From Squalus acanthias (taxonomy: Eukaryota): a stretch of DNA of 64,000 bases. Below are positions 36,263-48,954 of the stretch, in pieces. Position 1 is the stretch's first letter. Each line of letters opens with the position of its first letter. Location of the stretch: the NCBI GenBank assembly GCA_030390025.1, contig CM059432.1, forward strand, positions 29,824,001 through 29,888,000, given 5' to 3'. The notes beneath the pieces were generated by a model, which was not told where the DNA came from, did no database searches, and saw nothing but the letters and a program-made list of their open reading frames with translations. Position numbers and translations under genes: made by a program.

Positions 36263-37032
36263 GATACAAACGAACATATGAAAAATGATGGGAGAGGAAA
36301 GACCTACTGGTCTCTCCAGCCTGTCCCACACAACTGCAATGCATTGTGCATCATGATACATACATTCCCCACCCCACCCGGAAGCCATATAATCCCCTGG
36401 GAGAGGCAAAAAAACAAGGTAAAAACCCTGGTCAATTAGGGGGAAAAACATTTAGAAATTTCCTCTCTGACCCTCTTAGGCAATCAAAACTAGTTCAGGA
36501 GACCGCTCTAGCTCTGATTGTTATACAGTACCTACCTCTGTTGCGAGATGATCGCTGCCACAGCCAAACACAGCTCCAGCTATCTCTCTCTCGAAGGAAG
36601 TCAGCGAAACAACGTTCACCGCATGAGCCGGCAGTGTGTTCCACAGGTCCACTATTCTCTGGGAAAAGAACAACCTCCTAACATCCAACCTAGCTCTGCC
36701 CTTACATAACTTGAGAGTGTGGACCCCCTAACTTATTCAGTTGAAACAATCTGACCTCCCTAACTTATTCAGTTGAAACAATTTGTCTGCACAAACACAA
36801 CCCTTCATCATCTTATAAACCTCAATCAAATCATTCCTAAGTCTATGCTTCTCTAAAGTATATAGAGATCAAGTTCTTTGAGCCTATCTTGGTAACTAAG
36901 ATGCTTTAGACTGGGAATTAATTTTGTGGCCCTCCTCTGAATCCTTCCCAAAGCCCCAATATCACCCACCATGTGAGGACACAAAATCTGGATACAATAT
37001 TCTAACTGAGGCCTAACCAAGGTCTTGTACAA
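36263..37032 (-). mobile_element. CR1 LINE 3' fragment with long 3'UTR (different subfamily)
   Basis: ORF 36853-37038 LYKTLVRPQLEYC...QRRATKLIP; 25-bp direct duplication at about 36726-36782. Confidence 0.75.
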
Positions 37033-37059
37033 GAACAAAACAGTATGCTTTGTTAAAGA

Positions 37060-37390
37060 AAGACTTGCATTTATATAGTGCCTTTCATGACCTCAGGTCG
37101 TCCCAAAGCGCTTTACAGCCAATGATGTACTTTTCAAGTGTAGTCACTATTATAATGTCGGAAACGCAGCAGCCAATTTGTCAATTGGCAAGGTTCCACA
37201 ACCAGCAAAGAGATAATGACCAGATAACCTGTTTTAGTGATGTTGGTTGAGGGATAAATGTTGACCAAGGCACCAGCAGAATTCCCTTACTCTTCTTCGA
37301 AATAGTGCTTTGGGATCTTTTACCTGAGAGGGCAGATGGCGCCTCTGCTTCCTGTCTCATCCGTAAGACGGCACCTCTGACAGTGCACTA
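37060..37390 (-). mobile_element. Deu-domain SINE, partial
   Basis: Tail GACTTGCATTTATATAG and Deu core as in 62078-62535. Confidence 0.8.
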
Positions 37391-37969
37391 CTGACCAATT
37401 GGAGAGGGTGCAGTGCAGATATTTTCCAATATTAACCTGCAGGATTTCACAGGCAGTTAGGGGCCTACCTATAGCAGGTGGGGGCTTTGTACGGTTATGG
37501 AAATTGGGGTGTTATTATGTCAATAGGATCCGGATGCAGTTTTAAGCAGGACTTGGGCATGGAGACACAGTCGGAAGAGGCGGTCCAAAACTTTCTTTTG
37601 TGAGGCCAGGAGCAGCAGAAGTGTTCCCTTGGGCCCTGGCCTCCACTGCCCAAGACTCCACCCCCTTCCCACCTGCGAGACACCCCCGAAACTCCCTCTC
37701 TGCCACTTAGCTGGAAGTGGCGGGTGGCCAAGGGCTGGCAGATCTTTGCCTGCTGACAGCTTTGCTATGCTCCCTTCACACCAGTTCCAGGTGAAAAGTA
37801 GACCAATGACATTTAAATGAGGCCTGGCAGTTAAAGTCTTGACCTCTTGCTGCCTTGTCAGATGGGAAATCAACTCGCTGGGAGCAGTTTACTGCTGGAA
37901 GCCTGCTCCAAGTTAAAATCCAGCACACTATCACTAACTGTACTGCCTCAGTACAGTGCAAAGTCAATG

Positions 37970-38611
37970 ACAAGAATTTTAATCGGGAGGCAGGTTGGGA
38001 GCGGAGGGGCTAGGAAGCGGTCGAATTTAATGGCAGGGCCTGATTATCATTTCAAAGGTCTGTTTCCCCCACCCGCAGCCAGCCAGATGGAGAGGCAGGC
38101 TGGTTGTAGGCTGTAGGCCTGCGGCACTAGGCTGCAGAGATGATGGAGGAAGGGATCAGGTGGGGGCCGGGGGGGGTGGTTGGGGGCCGGAGGAGGATCG
38201 GAGTCGGGGGGGGGGGGGGGAGATCCGGGCGGGAGGATCGGGGGAGGGGGGGGTCGCGCGTTGGGCTTGGAAGCCTCGGGAAGGGGGGAATCGGAGGCCT
38301 CGAAGGGGGGGGGGGGATTCTGATCGTGGGGGGTGGATGAGGCAGGGACGCTGGATCCAGGGGGTAAGTGTAAAGGCACTTACCTCCTGGATCTAGCAGT
38401 CCTCGCCTTACTTTAGCTGGTGGGTTCCTTGAGGCCTGCGGAACCCGACCAGTTAAATTTGAAATGCTGGATAAACCTGAGCCACGCCAGCCTCATTATA
38501 ATATTTAAATGGGCGACCTATCTCCTGGGAGCAGGTTGGTTGCCCCCCCGCCTCCATTAAAAAGTGGGCGGGTTGGGGTCGGGATTCAGTTTTTGGGGTT
38601 AAAATTCTCCC
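37970..38611 (-). mobile_element. MITE-like DNA element with expanded G-rich interior
   Basis: Homology to 21675-22246; ends GAATTTTAAT / GTTAAAATTCTCCCC. Confidence 0.5.
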
Positions 38612-39809
38612 CAATGTCATCACCTGTAGTGTCCCACCCATCTCACCATAGAGCAGGGAGATCAGCTGACTTGGCACATAGAGGGGAATCATACCTGATC
38701 TTTACGGTTTGGTTGCTTCACCAACTGAGCAACTGATCACGTCGTGAACTGAAGTTTAAAGAAATTTATTCAACCTCACAATTTTTCATTCAATCAACAC
38801 ACTAACTTGAAATCTCCGGTTCAAACGCAGCTTGTCCTCCTCCCCCCGTTGAGAAATTAATCCCAGCTCTCAGCCAAACAAGGACCCCCCTTCACGTCAG
38901 GTGTAATCAAATCCGAGGATCCCGGATCACCCTCCAGCATTGCGGCAGAATGTTTAACAACTGCGTGTGTGGGTTCCAGACTGTCAATACATGATGCTAA
39001 AGTCGGCAGGTTGTAAATAATTATAAATTGGGACCCGCCCAGATATTCTGAGGTACTCGGGATGCCTGTTGCATCTGAAATAATTTGCTGGATTTAAGTT
39101 ACCCCTAACAGATGCACAAGTGCTCTGCCATCTATTTCACTGTTCCAGCCTGTCAGCACCTACAGGCCCATCAGTTGTGTGTGTGTGGTTTTTTTTAAAT
39201 AGATATTAACTCTTTCCACTGCATAACAGGATTTTCTTGCCTGCTGATATCCCCCCTTCTCTCTTGAAGGTGTTGACTGCTGCTGCGGTACAGTACCCCC
39301 TCCAAGGGGTTCATTCGTTGCATGCCAACCTAGACTAGTCTCAGCAGGTTATTTGACCACATGGGGTATCACTTGACATCTATGCGTGTGCACTTTCCAG
39401 TATGACCCATTGGATAGCAATCAGGAACCCTGAATGAGGCGGTGAATTGGAGTGTTCCCACAGCCTGATGTGTTAACTCAGCACAGACCAGAAATCAAAC
39501 TTGGGATCGGCTTGTTCCGAGTGGCTCAATTCTGCACTTGGCAGCATAATTACTAGCTCAAATGTAGAACACAATCTAATTGAATGAAACCACACTGAGC
39601 CCAGTTTTGGCCATTGTACTTCAAAATAAGTCAAACGCATCTGTAAGTGATCACAGAAAGGTCACAAGGATGATAGCAGCTTTAAAATTAATCAGCTGTG
39701 GAGAAGTTATGAGCTAAATCTGTTCTCATTGGGAAGTTTCCAAGATTTTTTTTTACCATGAAGGGAATTAGTTGGGTGGATGTGGGATCTCTTGGTGGAA
39801 GAGAACCAG

Positions 39810-40112
39810 AAGGGAGGCAGGGCTGTGAATGGAGGGACCCATAAATAAAAACATAAGGGGCAGGACTGTGAATAGGCAAAACCATGACTAAAAATAGGAG
39901 GAAGGGCTGTGAATGGGCTTAACCATGAATTTAAATAAGGGGGAGGACTGTGAATGGGGAAAACCATGGCTATAAATAGGGGGCAGGGCTGTGAATGGGG
40001 GGGAACCATGGATAGAAATGGGGGGCAGGGCTGTGAATGGGGGGTGGGGGGGACTATGGATATAAATAGGGGGCAGGGCTTTGGATGCAGGGAAACATGG
40101 CTATAAATAGGT
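39810..40112 (+). repeat. ~39-42 bp minisatellite, about 7-8 degenerate units
   Basis: Consensus GGGGCAGGGCTGTGAATGGGGGGAACCATGGCTATAAATAG. Confidence 0.85.
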
Positions 40113-40247
40113 GGTTTATATATAAAATAATCTATTTTATATAGAACAATGGATACCTGGGACTGGGTTACAGGCTGGAATCTAATCAAGAGAGTCAGAT
40201 GGTTTATATATAGAATAATAGAAGTGGGGAGTAATGGGAATAAAGGG

Positions 40248-41336
40248 TGTGAAGGAATAAGCCATATAACCTATTCAGAAAAATACACTATCTTATGAAA
40301 GAATTCTGGCCTTATTAAAACATGACAAACTGGGTTTGGAAATCTAGAAACCTAACTATGAAATAGCTATGAAAGCATTCTGGCTATTGAGATAAGGTAG
40401 TTGTTGACCCTGAATAAATAACCTTATTGAAACAGAAGGTTAAGGGCTCCGACAGGCTGAACTTTTTGGAATGAAACAATGGTTCACCATGGATAAGGTG
40501 TTCTAATTTACACTTCGTAAAGATGACAAAGTAAGGAACACCTGCCGTCACACCGTTTTTTATATGGTAAACTTAGAACACCTAGAGATGAGACACGAGT
40601 CTGGCTGAGCTGGCAGTAAGAATTGCAGAGGTCAGCAGAAAAATGACTAGACATAATTAGCTTGCATCAGCAGAAAACCTTAAAGGAAATACCACTGGAA
40701 AAGGGTATAAATATTGAACTCTCAAATGGAATAGTAGACTTACTTTAATCGGGCAAAGCGATTCTCGGCTTCAGAGGCGGCTCTAAGTCTCCAACTCTTT
40801 GTACCTCAGGGATCAAAGATTTTTGATTTTGGTGGATATCCTGTAGACTTTAAGAACTGTAAAACTGTAGCGAAGTTAAGATTTGAAAGTAAGGTTCTCT
40901 GATAATAAGATTGTAAGCTTTCTCTTTTTGGAACTGTTAATGTTGCGATTGATTCACCAACTGTAAATTGCATGTCGGTTCTTTAATAAATCTATATATT
41001 TTTAGAATTGTCTCACATAAGACTTCTGTATCAAAAACTCGCAAACTCAATCTCTGTACACTCTTTGGTGAGGAGTTGCAGAATTCTGAGGGAGTTTTCC
41101 GGACCCTCATAATATCTGGAACATTACAGTCTAGCTAAACTTATTAAAAGTGCTATCTGGAGGACGGTAACATTCTCGGGTTGTTCCTTTCCTTTAGGGA
41201 TAGTCCAGACCTTTAGGCCCAATTAAGCGTCTTTAGGATTCGGCTACCTCAAACTTTAGTTGAAAGTGAACGTCTTGAGAAATACGCCTGATCCGGGGTA
41301 GCCCTAAAGGGGCTAGGACTAGTAATGATCCCTTCA
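40248..41336 (+). mobile_element. Solo LTR (1089 bp)
   Basis: TGTGAAGG...CCCTTCA termini; 4-bp TSD AGGG at 40244-40247 and 41337-41340; TATAAA 40706-40711; AATAAA 40985-40990. Confidence 0.8.
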
Positions 41337-41589
41337 AGGGAGCGTGGAGCCTAACTGAGGGGATTTGATAAAGGAATTTGCAATTATATAGTGCCTTTCA
41401 CATCCTTAGGATGTCGCAGGTTCCTGAGTGAACTAATTTAAGTTGGTCAATTGTAAATTAGCCTTATTGTCTTTCGACTATTGAGCTGAATGTGCGCATG
41501 TGGATATTGGACATGGGCAGAATTAGGCTCTGCTGTGATGTCTTCCATGGGGTCAAAAAACTTGCAAACAGTCACTGTAAAGCAGTGCT

Positions 41590-43840
41590 TTCTAACCTGT
41601 GGCCCCAGGTTGGGAGGTGCTGCCGAAGAAGCCTTGGCGAGTTGCTGCAGTGCATCTTGTAGATGGTACACACTGCAGCCATGGTCCGCCAGTGGTGGAG
41701 TGAATGTTTAAGGTGGTGGATGGGGTGCCAATCAAGCAGCTTGTAAAATGGCCGCCGCACCTCGTGGCAGAACATTCTAGACTTTTCAACAGGCAGACAA
41801 GATGGCGTTCCAGTAAACATTTGTGCAAGATCGATTAAGACTCAGCACATTGAAGATAATACACGAGACATCATGGGTTTACAGTATACACATAAATACT
41901 GAAATCGGTCTCCCAGGTACGAATAAAAGCTATTGTACCAAGTAATCAAGAACCCATCCAAAGACATTAATATGTAGAATCCCAACGACTCTACGATGAG
42001 AGAGCCGTTAGCGGGTAGTTACAGAAAACACTTGGAAGCCCCAAAACCCCTCCAGGGAGAACACCGACCGATTAAACAATGGGAGAAATATTAACAGGTA
42101 CTCAGACATTTACGAGTAGCCCCGAAACCCATTAAAACGAAGATCACCCTATACAAGACATTTGAGCGCCAAACCCTAACAAAAGAAAAGACATTAAGGT
42201 TGGGCGGGAAACGGAAGATTTTACACTATAATTACAAGCTCCAAACCGTCCATCTTTCTCTTGACTCTTATGCTCTTGACTCTTATTCGGTTGACTCTTA
42301 TCCTCGTGGCTGCTCCTGTGCTCTTGACTCGCCGTCTTGTTCCTGCTTGCCTCGTGTCTCTTTTCAAAAGACTGTTGAACTTTACGATCCGCTCGAATCT
42401 ACCTCGTGTTGTGTCGCGAAGACCTGTGTAGAACTGGGCTCTGAAGCCTTGAAGCGGGCGCACCATTCCGATAAGTCGGTAAACGGTGTTGGAACCGAAG
42501 GCCCGAGATGAGATGAGATGAGATGAGATGAGAAGAGAAGAGAAGAAGACCATACTTATCGCCACGGTCAGTAAGCCCCGACCGCGCCTGTAGGTCGAAT
42601 AGACATTTTCCTTGCCAGGAAGACTTCTTTGAGTTCTACAGAACTGACACAGGAAGACTCTTCTTCGAGTTTTATCGAACCGGTGTGAGGGCACAGGAAG
42701 ACTCTTTTTTGAGTAGAGTCGGAACTCCGAGGACAACACAGATCTTCATGACAGCAGACGTTCCAGCCTGCTAGCCGGAGCAGAAACGAGTAAACAAGTG
42801 GGGCCAGGAGACCCCCTGATCGACACGTGGGCGCTGCGGTAAAAAACATCCGATCAGAGTTTTCGGAATTCTCTGAGTTATCACGAGTGGTGAGCATGAG
42901 TCTCGAATCCTACGAATCTAGCTTAGGACAGATATTGATAGGGGAGGGTTTCAAGTATTAAGGATAATTGTAATGTGTGCCCCCATTTACGATGTGTTGT
43001 TTGTTGCTTGTTTCCCCGAAATTAGTTACATAACTGCGTGTAAGATTGTACTGTCATTAATCTGTGCTTATGACATGTATTTCGTAATCTTAAGTATTAT
43101 GCAATAAAGATTTTCTATTTCGTACCATTCAACCGAGTCTACCTGAGTTTCATCTCCATTACTGCTCTCGCATCTAAGTCCAGTGTCTAGAACCGTAAGG
43201 GCGAGTGGGTCGAACCACTCACAGGTGTGTCTAGTGCTCCCAGACTGGCTGGAGACCAGAACAGGCAGCAAGGCCTAAACCCGCACTAGCACCCGGGCTG
43301 CACAGAGCCACACGAATCTCACAGGCTGAGAGACAAAAACCCTTACACCAATCAAGCGGGCTACTTTGTCCTGGATGGTGTCGAGCTTCTTGAGTGTAGT
43401 TGGAGCTGCACTCATCCAGGCAAGTGGAGAGTATTCCATCACACTCCTTACTTGTGCCTTGTAGATGGTGGAAAGGCTTTGGGGAGTCAGGAGGTGAGAC
43501 ACTCACCGCAGAATACCTAGCCTCTGACCTGCTCTTGTTGCCACAGTATTTATGTGGCTGGTCCAGTTAAGTTTCTGGTCAATGGTGACCCCCAGGATGT
43601 TGATAGTGGGGGATTCGGCGATGGTAATGCCATTGAATGTCAAGGGGAGGTGGTCAGACTCTCGCTTGTTGGAGAGTCATTGCCTGGCACTTCTGTGGTG
43701 CGAATGTTACCTGCCACTTATCAGCCCAAGCCTGAACATCGTCCAGGTCTTGTCGCATGCGGGCATGGACTGCTTCATTATTTGAGGAGTTGTGAATGAC
43801 GCTGAACACTGTGCAATCATCAGAGAACATTCCCATTTCT
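41590..43840 (-). mobile_element. RT C-terminal fragment of the 30535-33032 LINE family, split by a solo LTR
   Basis: ORFs 43654-43872 (FSDDC..WADKWQVTF) and 43275-43502 (YKAQVRSVMEY); continues at 41590-41741. Confidence 0.8.
41742..43347 (+). mobile_element. Long solo LTR-like element (1606 bp)
   Basis: TGTAA...TTACA termini; TATA-like near 42227; AATAAA 43103-43108; internal CTCTTGACTC, (GAGAT)n and CACAGGAAGACTCTT repeats; no coding capacity recognised. Confidence 0.75.
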
Positions 43841-44139
43841 GACCAGAGGAACACACAGATCTTTCCCAGCAATGAAGTGTTAGCTTAGATTATGTGCTCA
43901 TGTCACCGGAGGGGAGTTTAAATCCACAACCTTGTGACTCAGAGGTGAGAATGTTACCAACTAAGCCAAGTTGATATCACCTGATTTATATCACATTCTC
44001 TTCCAATCTGCTTTATGGGCCTTGAACCTTCACCCAGTTCTCAGTATTGATAATTATGGGTCCTCCTATTGGAGAAAAAAAACACAGATCAGATCCTAAA
44101 CAGCCTAAACCAACCACGGAAAACAAACTTCATCTGCCT

Positions 44140-44400
44140 TCTCAGATGAATGTAAAAGATCCCTTGGCACTATTCAAAGAGTAGGCAAGTTTTCCTTGTG
44201 TCTTGGCCAAAATTTATTCCTCAACAAACACCACTCAAACAGATTATTTGGTCATTTATCTCACGGCTGTTTGTGGGATCTTGCTGTGCATACATTGGGT
44301 GCCGCATTTACCTACAACAGTGACTACACTTAAAAAGTACTTCATTGGAGCATTTTGGGATGTCCTGAGAACATGAGAGGCTCTATATAAATTAATGTTT
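44140..44400 (+). mobile_element. Deu-domain SINE 3' part
   Basis: GTAAAAGATCCC...GTGACTACACTT...CTCTATATAAAT. Confidence 0.75.
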
Positions 44401-45044
44401 TTTTCTTTATAAAATCAACCTCTCTAGAATGACTAGTTAGCAAACTCACCTCGTTGGTTATCACGACTTCTACCTCACAGTTTATTAAATTACCCAAACC
44501 CCTCATTTAGATTCAGGCCAGTAACTCAGCCAAAAGCTTATACTTCATGCAAACCTTCAATTTGATTCCAGCCTATAACTCATGCCCGTGCATCCAGTTT
44601 TCTGACGGTTTTTGAAACTCTGATTGGATTACTGCCTTGTAATCAGCTCCCAAGTATCCAGTAGCCTCGATAGGTTCGAGTCATCATCACAGTTTTGGAA
44701 GGAGCTGGAATGTGATTCTCCGGAGCCACACAAACAGAGAAAGATTATCAGCTCTGCCCCAGACTTGCACACACGTCAATGCACATTGCTTTTCATTAAC
44801 AGCTGCATATATAGCTGGGACCAAGACATTAAGGGATTAACATTAGGGACACACTCCAACAGCACTGTCACTCAAGTTGTTGATATTTTTAGGTCTTGCA
44901 ACAGATTGCTCAACCAGGAAAGGGCTCTCATACAATTTCCCTTCCACCTTCTGGTCCCAACCAACCTGTGGATTAGAACAGAAACAAGAAATCTACTTGG
45001 AGCCCTTTCCAGCTAAAAGGCTCAGTGGGTAAGTAAAGACATAG

Positions 45045-46975
45045 TACTGGAGAAATTAATGGGACTATGTGGCGACAAATCTTCTGGACTTGACGACCTG
45101 CATCCTAGGGTTTTAAAAGAGGTCGCTGCAGAGATAGTGGATGCACTGGTATTAATCTTCCAGAATTCCCTAGATTCTAGTACAGTCTCCAAGGATTAGA
45201 AGGTAGCAAACATAACCCCGCTATTTAAGAAAGGAGGAAGAGAAAAAACAGGGAACTATAGGCCAGTTAGCCTGACATCAGTAGTAGGCAAAATGCTAGA
45301 ATCTATTATTAGGGACGTGGTAACAGGGCACTTAGAAAATCATATTATTAGGCAGAGCCAACATGGATTTATGAAAGGGAAATATTGTTTGACAAATCTG
45401 TTGGAGTTTTTTTGAAGATGTACAGGAAACTTTTGTTTATCCGGCACCCAAATATCCGGAATTCTCGCTTAACCGGCAAAAATCATCCTCCGAAAACTCC
45501 TCTCAAATAACCGGCAATGTTGCAGAGTCGCAGTCGAGTCTCCGCGAACGCCGAGTACTCCGAAAACTCCTCTCAAATAACCGGCAATGTTGCCGATCCC
45601 GAGTCCGAGAACGCCGATTTAGTCAGTAGGGTTAGTTTTCAAAAGTGCCACTACTCGGCCTCCTGGCGCTGTCGGAAGCCCGAAACACTGCAGTAGCAGG
45701 AGTTGATTCTCCCGCGCTGCCTGGAGTCTCTTTGTTAAAAATAGCCTCGGTAGATATAACTCTCCGTTATCCGGTACTTTCGATAAACCGGCACCACGCC
45801 GGTCCCGTCGGTGCCGGTTAATAAAGAGTTTCCTGTAGTAAGTAGGATTGATAAGGTGGTACCAGTGGATGTAGTGTATTTGAATTTTCAAAAAGCATTT
45901 GATAAAAAGTTATTACACAAAATTAGGACTCATGGGATTGGGGATTGGTTAATGGACAGAAAACAGAGAGTATGAATAAATGGGTCTTTTTCGGATTGGC
46001 AGGCTGTAACTAGCGGGGTACCGCAAGGATCAGTGCTTGGGCCTCAGCTATTTACAATCTGTATTAATGACTTAGATGAAGGGACTGATACAAAGTTAGG
46101 TGGGAAAGTAAGCTGTGAGGAGGACGCACAGAGGCTGCAGAGAGATATAGACAGGTTGACTGAGTGGGCAAGAACATGGCAAATGGATTACAATGTGGGG
46201 AAGTGTGAAGTTATCCACTTCGGTAGGAAAAAAAAAGCAGAATATTTTTTGAATGGTGAGACTGGGAAATGTTTGCATTCAGAGGGACATGGGTATCCTT
46301 GTACATTAATCACAGAAAGTTAACATGCAGGTACAGCAAGCAATTACTAAAGCAAATGGTATGTTAGCTTTTGTTACAAAGGGATTAGAGTATAAGAGTA
46401 AAGAAGTCTTACTACAATTATACAAGGCATTGGTGAGGCCACACCTGAAGTACTGTGTACAGTTCTGGTCTCCTTACCTAAGGAAAGACATACTTGCCTT
46501 AGAGGGAGTGCAACAAAGGTTTACTAGACTGGTTCCTGGGATGAGGGATTGTCCTATGAGTAGACTAGGCCTATATTCCCTAGAGTTTAGAAGAATGAGA
46601 GGTGATCTAATTGAAACATATAAAATTCTTAAGGAGTGTGACAGGGTTAATGCTGGGAAAATGTTTCCCCTGGCTGGGGAATCTAGAACACGGGGCCACA
46701 GTCTCAGAATAAGGGGTCAGTCATTTAGGACTGAAATGAGGAGAAATTTCTTCACTCAAAGGGTTGTGAATCTTTGGAATTCTCTACCCCAGAGAGCTGC
46801 GGATGCTCAGTCATTGAGTATATTCAAGACAGAGATCGATACATTTTTGGAAACTAAGGGATATGGGGATAGTGCGGGAAGGTGGAGTTGAGGTAGAAGA
46901 TCAGCCATGATCTTATTGAATGGCAGAGCAGGCTCAAAGGGCCAAATGGCCTACTCCAGCTCCTGTTTCTCATGT
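45045..46975 (+). mobile_element. CR1 LINE, 5'-truncated, interrupted by a MITE
   Basis: RT region plus C-terminal ORF 46325-46891; CR1 tail. Confidence 0.92.
45423..45835. mobile_element. Tc1/mariner (pogo/Tigger-type) MITE
   Basis: TA TSD at 45421-45422 and 45836-45837; 25-bp imperfect TIRs CAGGAAACTTTTGTTTATCCGGCAC / GTGCCGGTTAATAAAGAGTTTCCTG. Confidence 0.9.
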
Positions 46976-47019
46976 AAACAGACTGTCTGGTGTAAACATT
47001 GAATCATATAGAAAAAAAA

Positions 47020-47440
47020 ACTTATTATGTAGCACCATATCACAAACTTAGGATGTTCCAAAATGCTGTATAATCAAAGGATTATTTTTAAAGTGCAGTC
47101 ACTGTTATGTACACAAACACAGAAGCCAATTTGTACACAGCAAATCTGTTTTTTTCCCCTGTTGTTGATTGAGAGAGAAATGCTGGCCACGACACCAGAA
47201 GAATTGCCTGCTCTTCTACCACTAGCACCATAGGATATTTTAACCCCCCCCCCCCCCCCCCGCCGAAGAGGCAGATAGGCCTCATTTTTATGTCTCAACT
47301 GAATGATAGCATCTCCCACAATATAATACAACCTCGGTACTGCACTGAAGTGTCAGTCCAGATTATGCACTTAAGTCCGTTGTGGGAGTTGAACAACCTT
47401 TTGATTCGGGCATGTCTGCTACCAATTGAGTCAAGCTGAT
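47020..47440 (-). mobile_element. Deu-domain SINE, diverged
   Basis: Collinear with 62078-62535. Confidence 0.65.
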
Positions 47441-47624
47441 ATAAACTAAGGACTCAAGTTTGATCCTAAGATCACACCAAGCTAGCCAATCTTAGTTAAA
47501 GTTGTAAGGGTGCTACGTTGGGCTCAGTGCAAACTTTTGCTGAGGTATGGTTCCATTGACACTGGTCAGCCTCTGCTATCTTGGCCAAGTGATTACTCTT
47601 CATTTATGACTCTGAACAATGAGT

Positions 47625-48105
47625 TTCTACTGGAGAGGATGCAGAGAAGATTTACTAGAACTATACCAGGGATGAGGAACTTCAATTAGGTGGAGAGACT
47701 AGAGAAACTGGGATTGTTCTCCTTGGAGCAGAGAAGGTTAAGGGGCGATTTAATGGAGATGTTCAAAATTATGAACGGTTTTTATAGAGTAATTAAAGAG
47801 AAGCCATTTCCACTGGCAGAAGGGTTAGTAACTAGAGGTCACAGATTTAAGATAACTGACAAAAGAACCAGGAGAAAGATGAGAAGAATTTTTTTTACAC
47901 AGCAAATTATGATCTGGAATGCACCACCTGAAAGGGTGGTGGAAGCAGATTCAATAGTAACTTTCAAAAGGGGATTGGATATATACTTGAAAAGGAAAAA
48001 TATGTCGGGCTATGGGGAAAGAGCAGGGGTGAGACTAATTGGAGAGCTCTTTCAAAGAGCCAGCATAGGCACAACGGCCCCCCTTTGGTGTTGTAAGATT
48101 CTGTG
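47625..48105 (+). mobile_element. CR1 LINE 3' fragment
   Basis: ORF 47690-48106 (LGLFSLEQRRLRGDL). Confidence 0.9.
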
Positions 48106-48954
48106 ATACCTCGATAAGATCACCTTAAACCCCTTCTTTCAAAGCTGAAAAGCCCAAGCTTCTTTCCTGGGTTTCTGACATTCGGAATCAAACTTGTGGC
48201 TCTTCTCTGCACGGATCCCAGCATGTAAATGTCTTTGTGTCCCATGGCCAAAACTGGACATAGTACTCAAGGTGTGGTTGGCCAGAGTACTGTACAAGTA
48301 CTCATTCTCTACACTTCATTTCTCCTTTAACTTAACATACTTTTTTTTTTGCTTAATTGGGATCCGATTACATCAGCAAGTACTCACAAAATCCACAACA
48401 AAACATTATAATCTTACAATTAGAATTAAGCTGCTTAGAAGTGAATCTAGGAGGAAAAAAAAACCCTAACAGAAAGGATTGAGAAAATGTTGAATTTACT
48501 GCCCCAAAGGCCATAGATGCAAAATGAATTGATTTGTTTAAAGAGGTACTTACTTCGGAAGCAAGAATAATATTGAATATGGAGAAAGGACCAAGAATTG
48601 GGATTTAAAAAATAAAGAGCTATCACGGCTAACAAAATGTCAGAGCAGGCTTGATGGGCCAAATGGTCTACTCCTGTGTACCAATGTACTTTGGCTAAAC
48701 AGAAAGGACTTTTATTTATATAGCACCTTTCACGACTTCAAGATGTCCTAGTGCTTTACAGCCAATGAATTAATTTTGCTGTCTAGTCACTGTTGCAACG
48801 TTGGGAAACTTTTACCATCACTGTTGTAATGTAGTTGCAGTTACTCAGCTCAACACTGTGGAGGGAGTTCATACAGATGCAGATGTACAGAGAGTTGCTT
48901 ACAGCCAGCTATAAAGTGATACTGTCCACTGCCAACCTTGAAAAATATCAGCTG

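Noticed and set aside
38047..38396. Pro-rich and Gly-rich ORFs
   Set aside because: Translation of the G-run tract.
41066..41085. TGGTGAGGAG as a primer-binding site after an LTR
   Set aside because: No convincing tRNA 3' match; the TSD places the LTR end at 41336.
42245..42740. Short spaced repeats as a CRISPR-like array, and the 172-aa ORF 42221-42739
   Set aside because: Irregular low-complexity repeats inside a eukaryotic LTR; no cas genes; the ORF is an antisense artefact.
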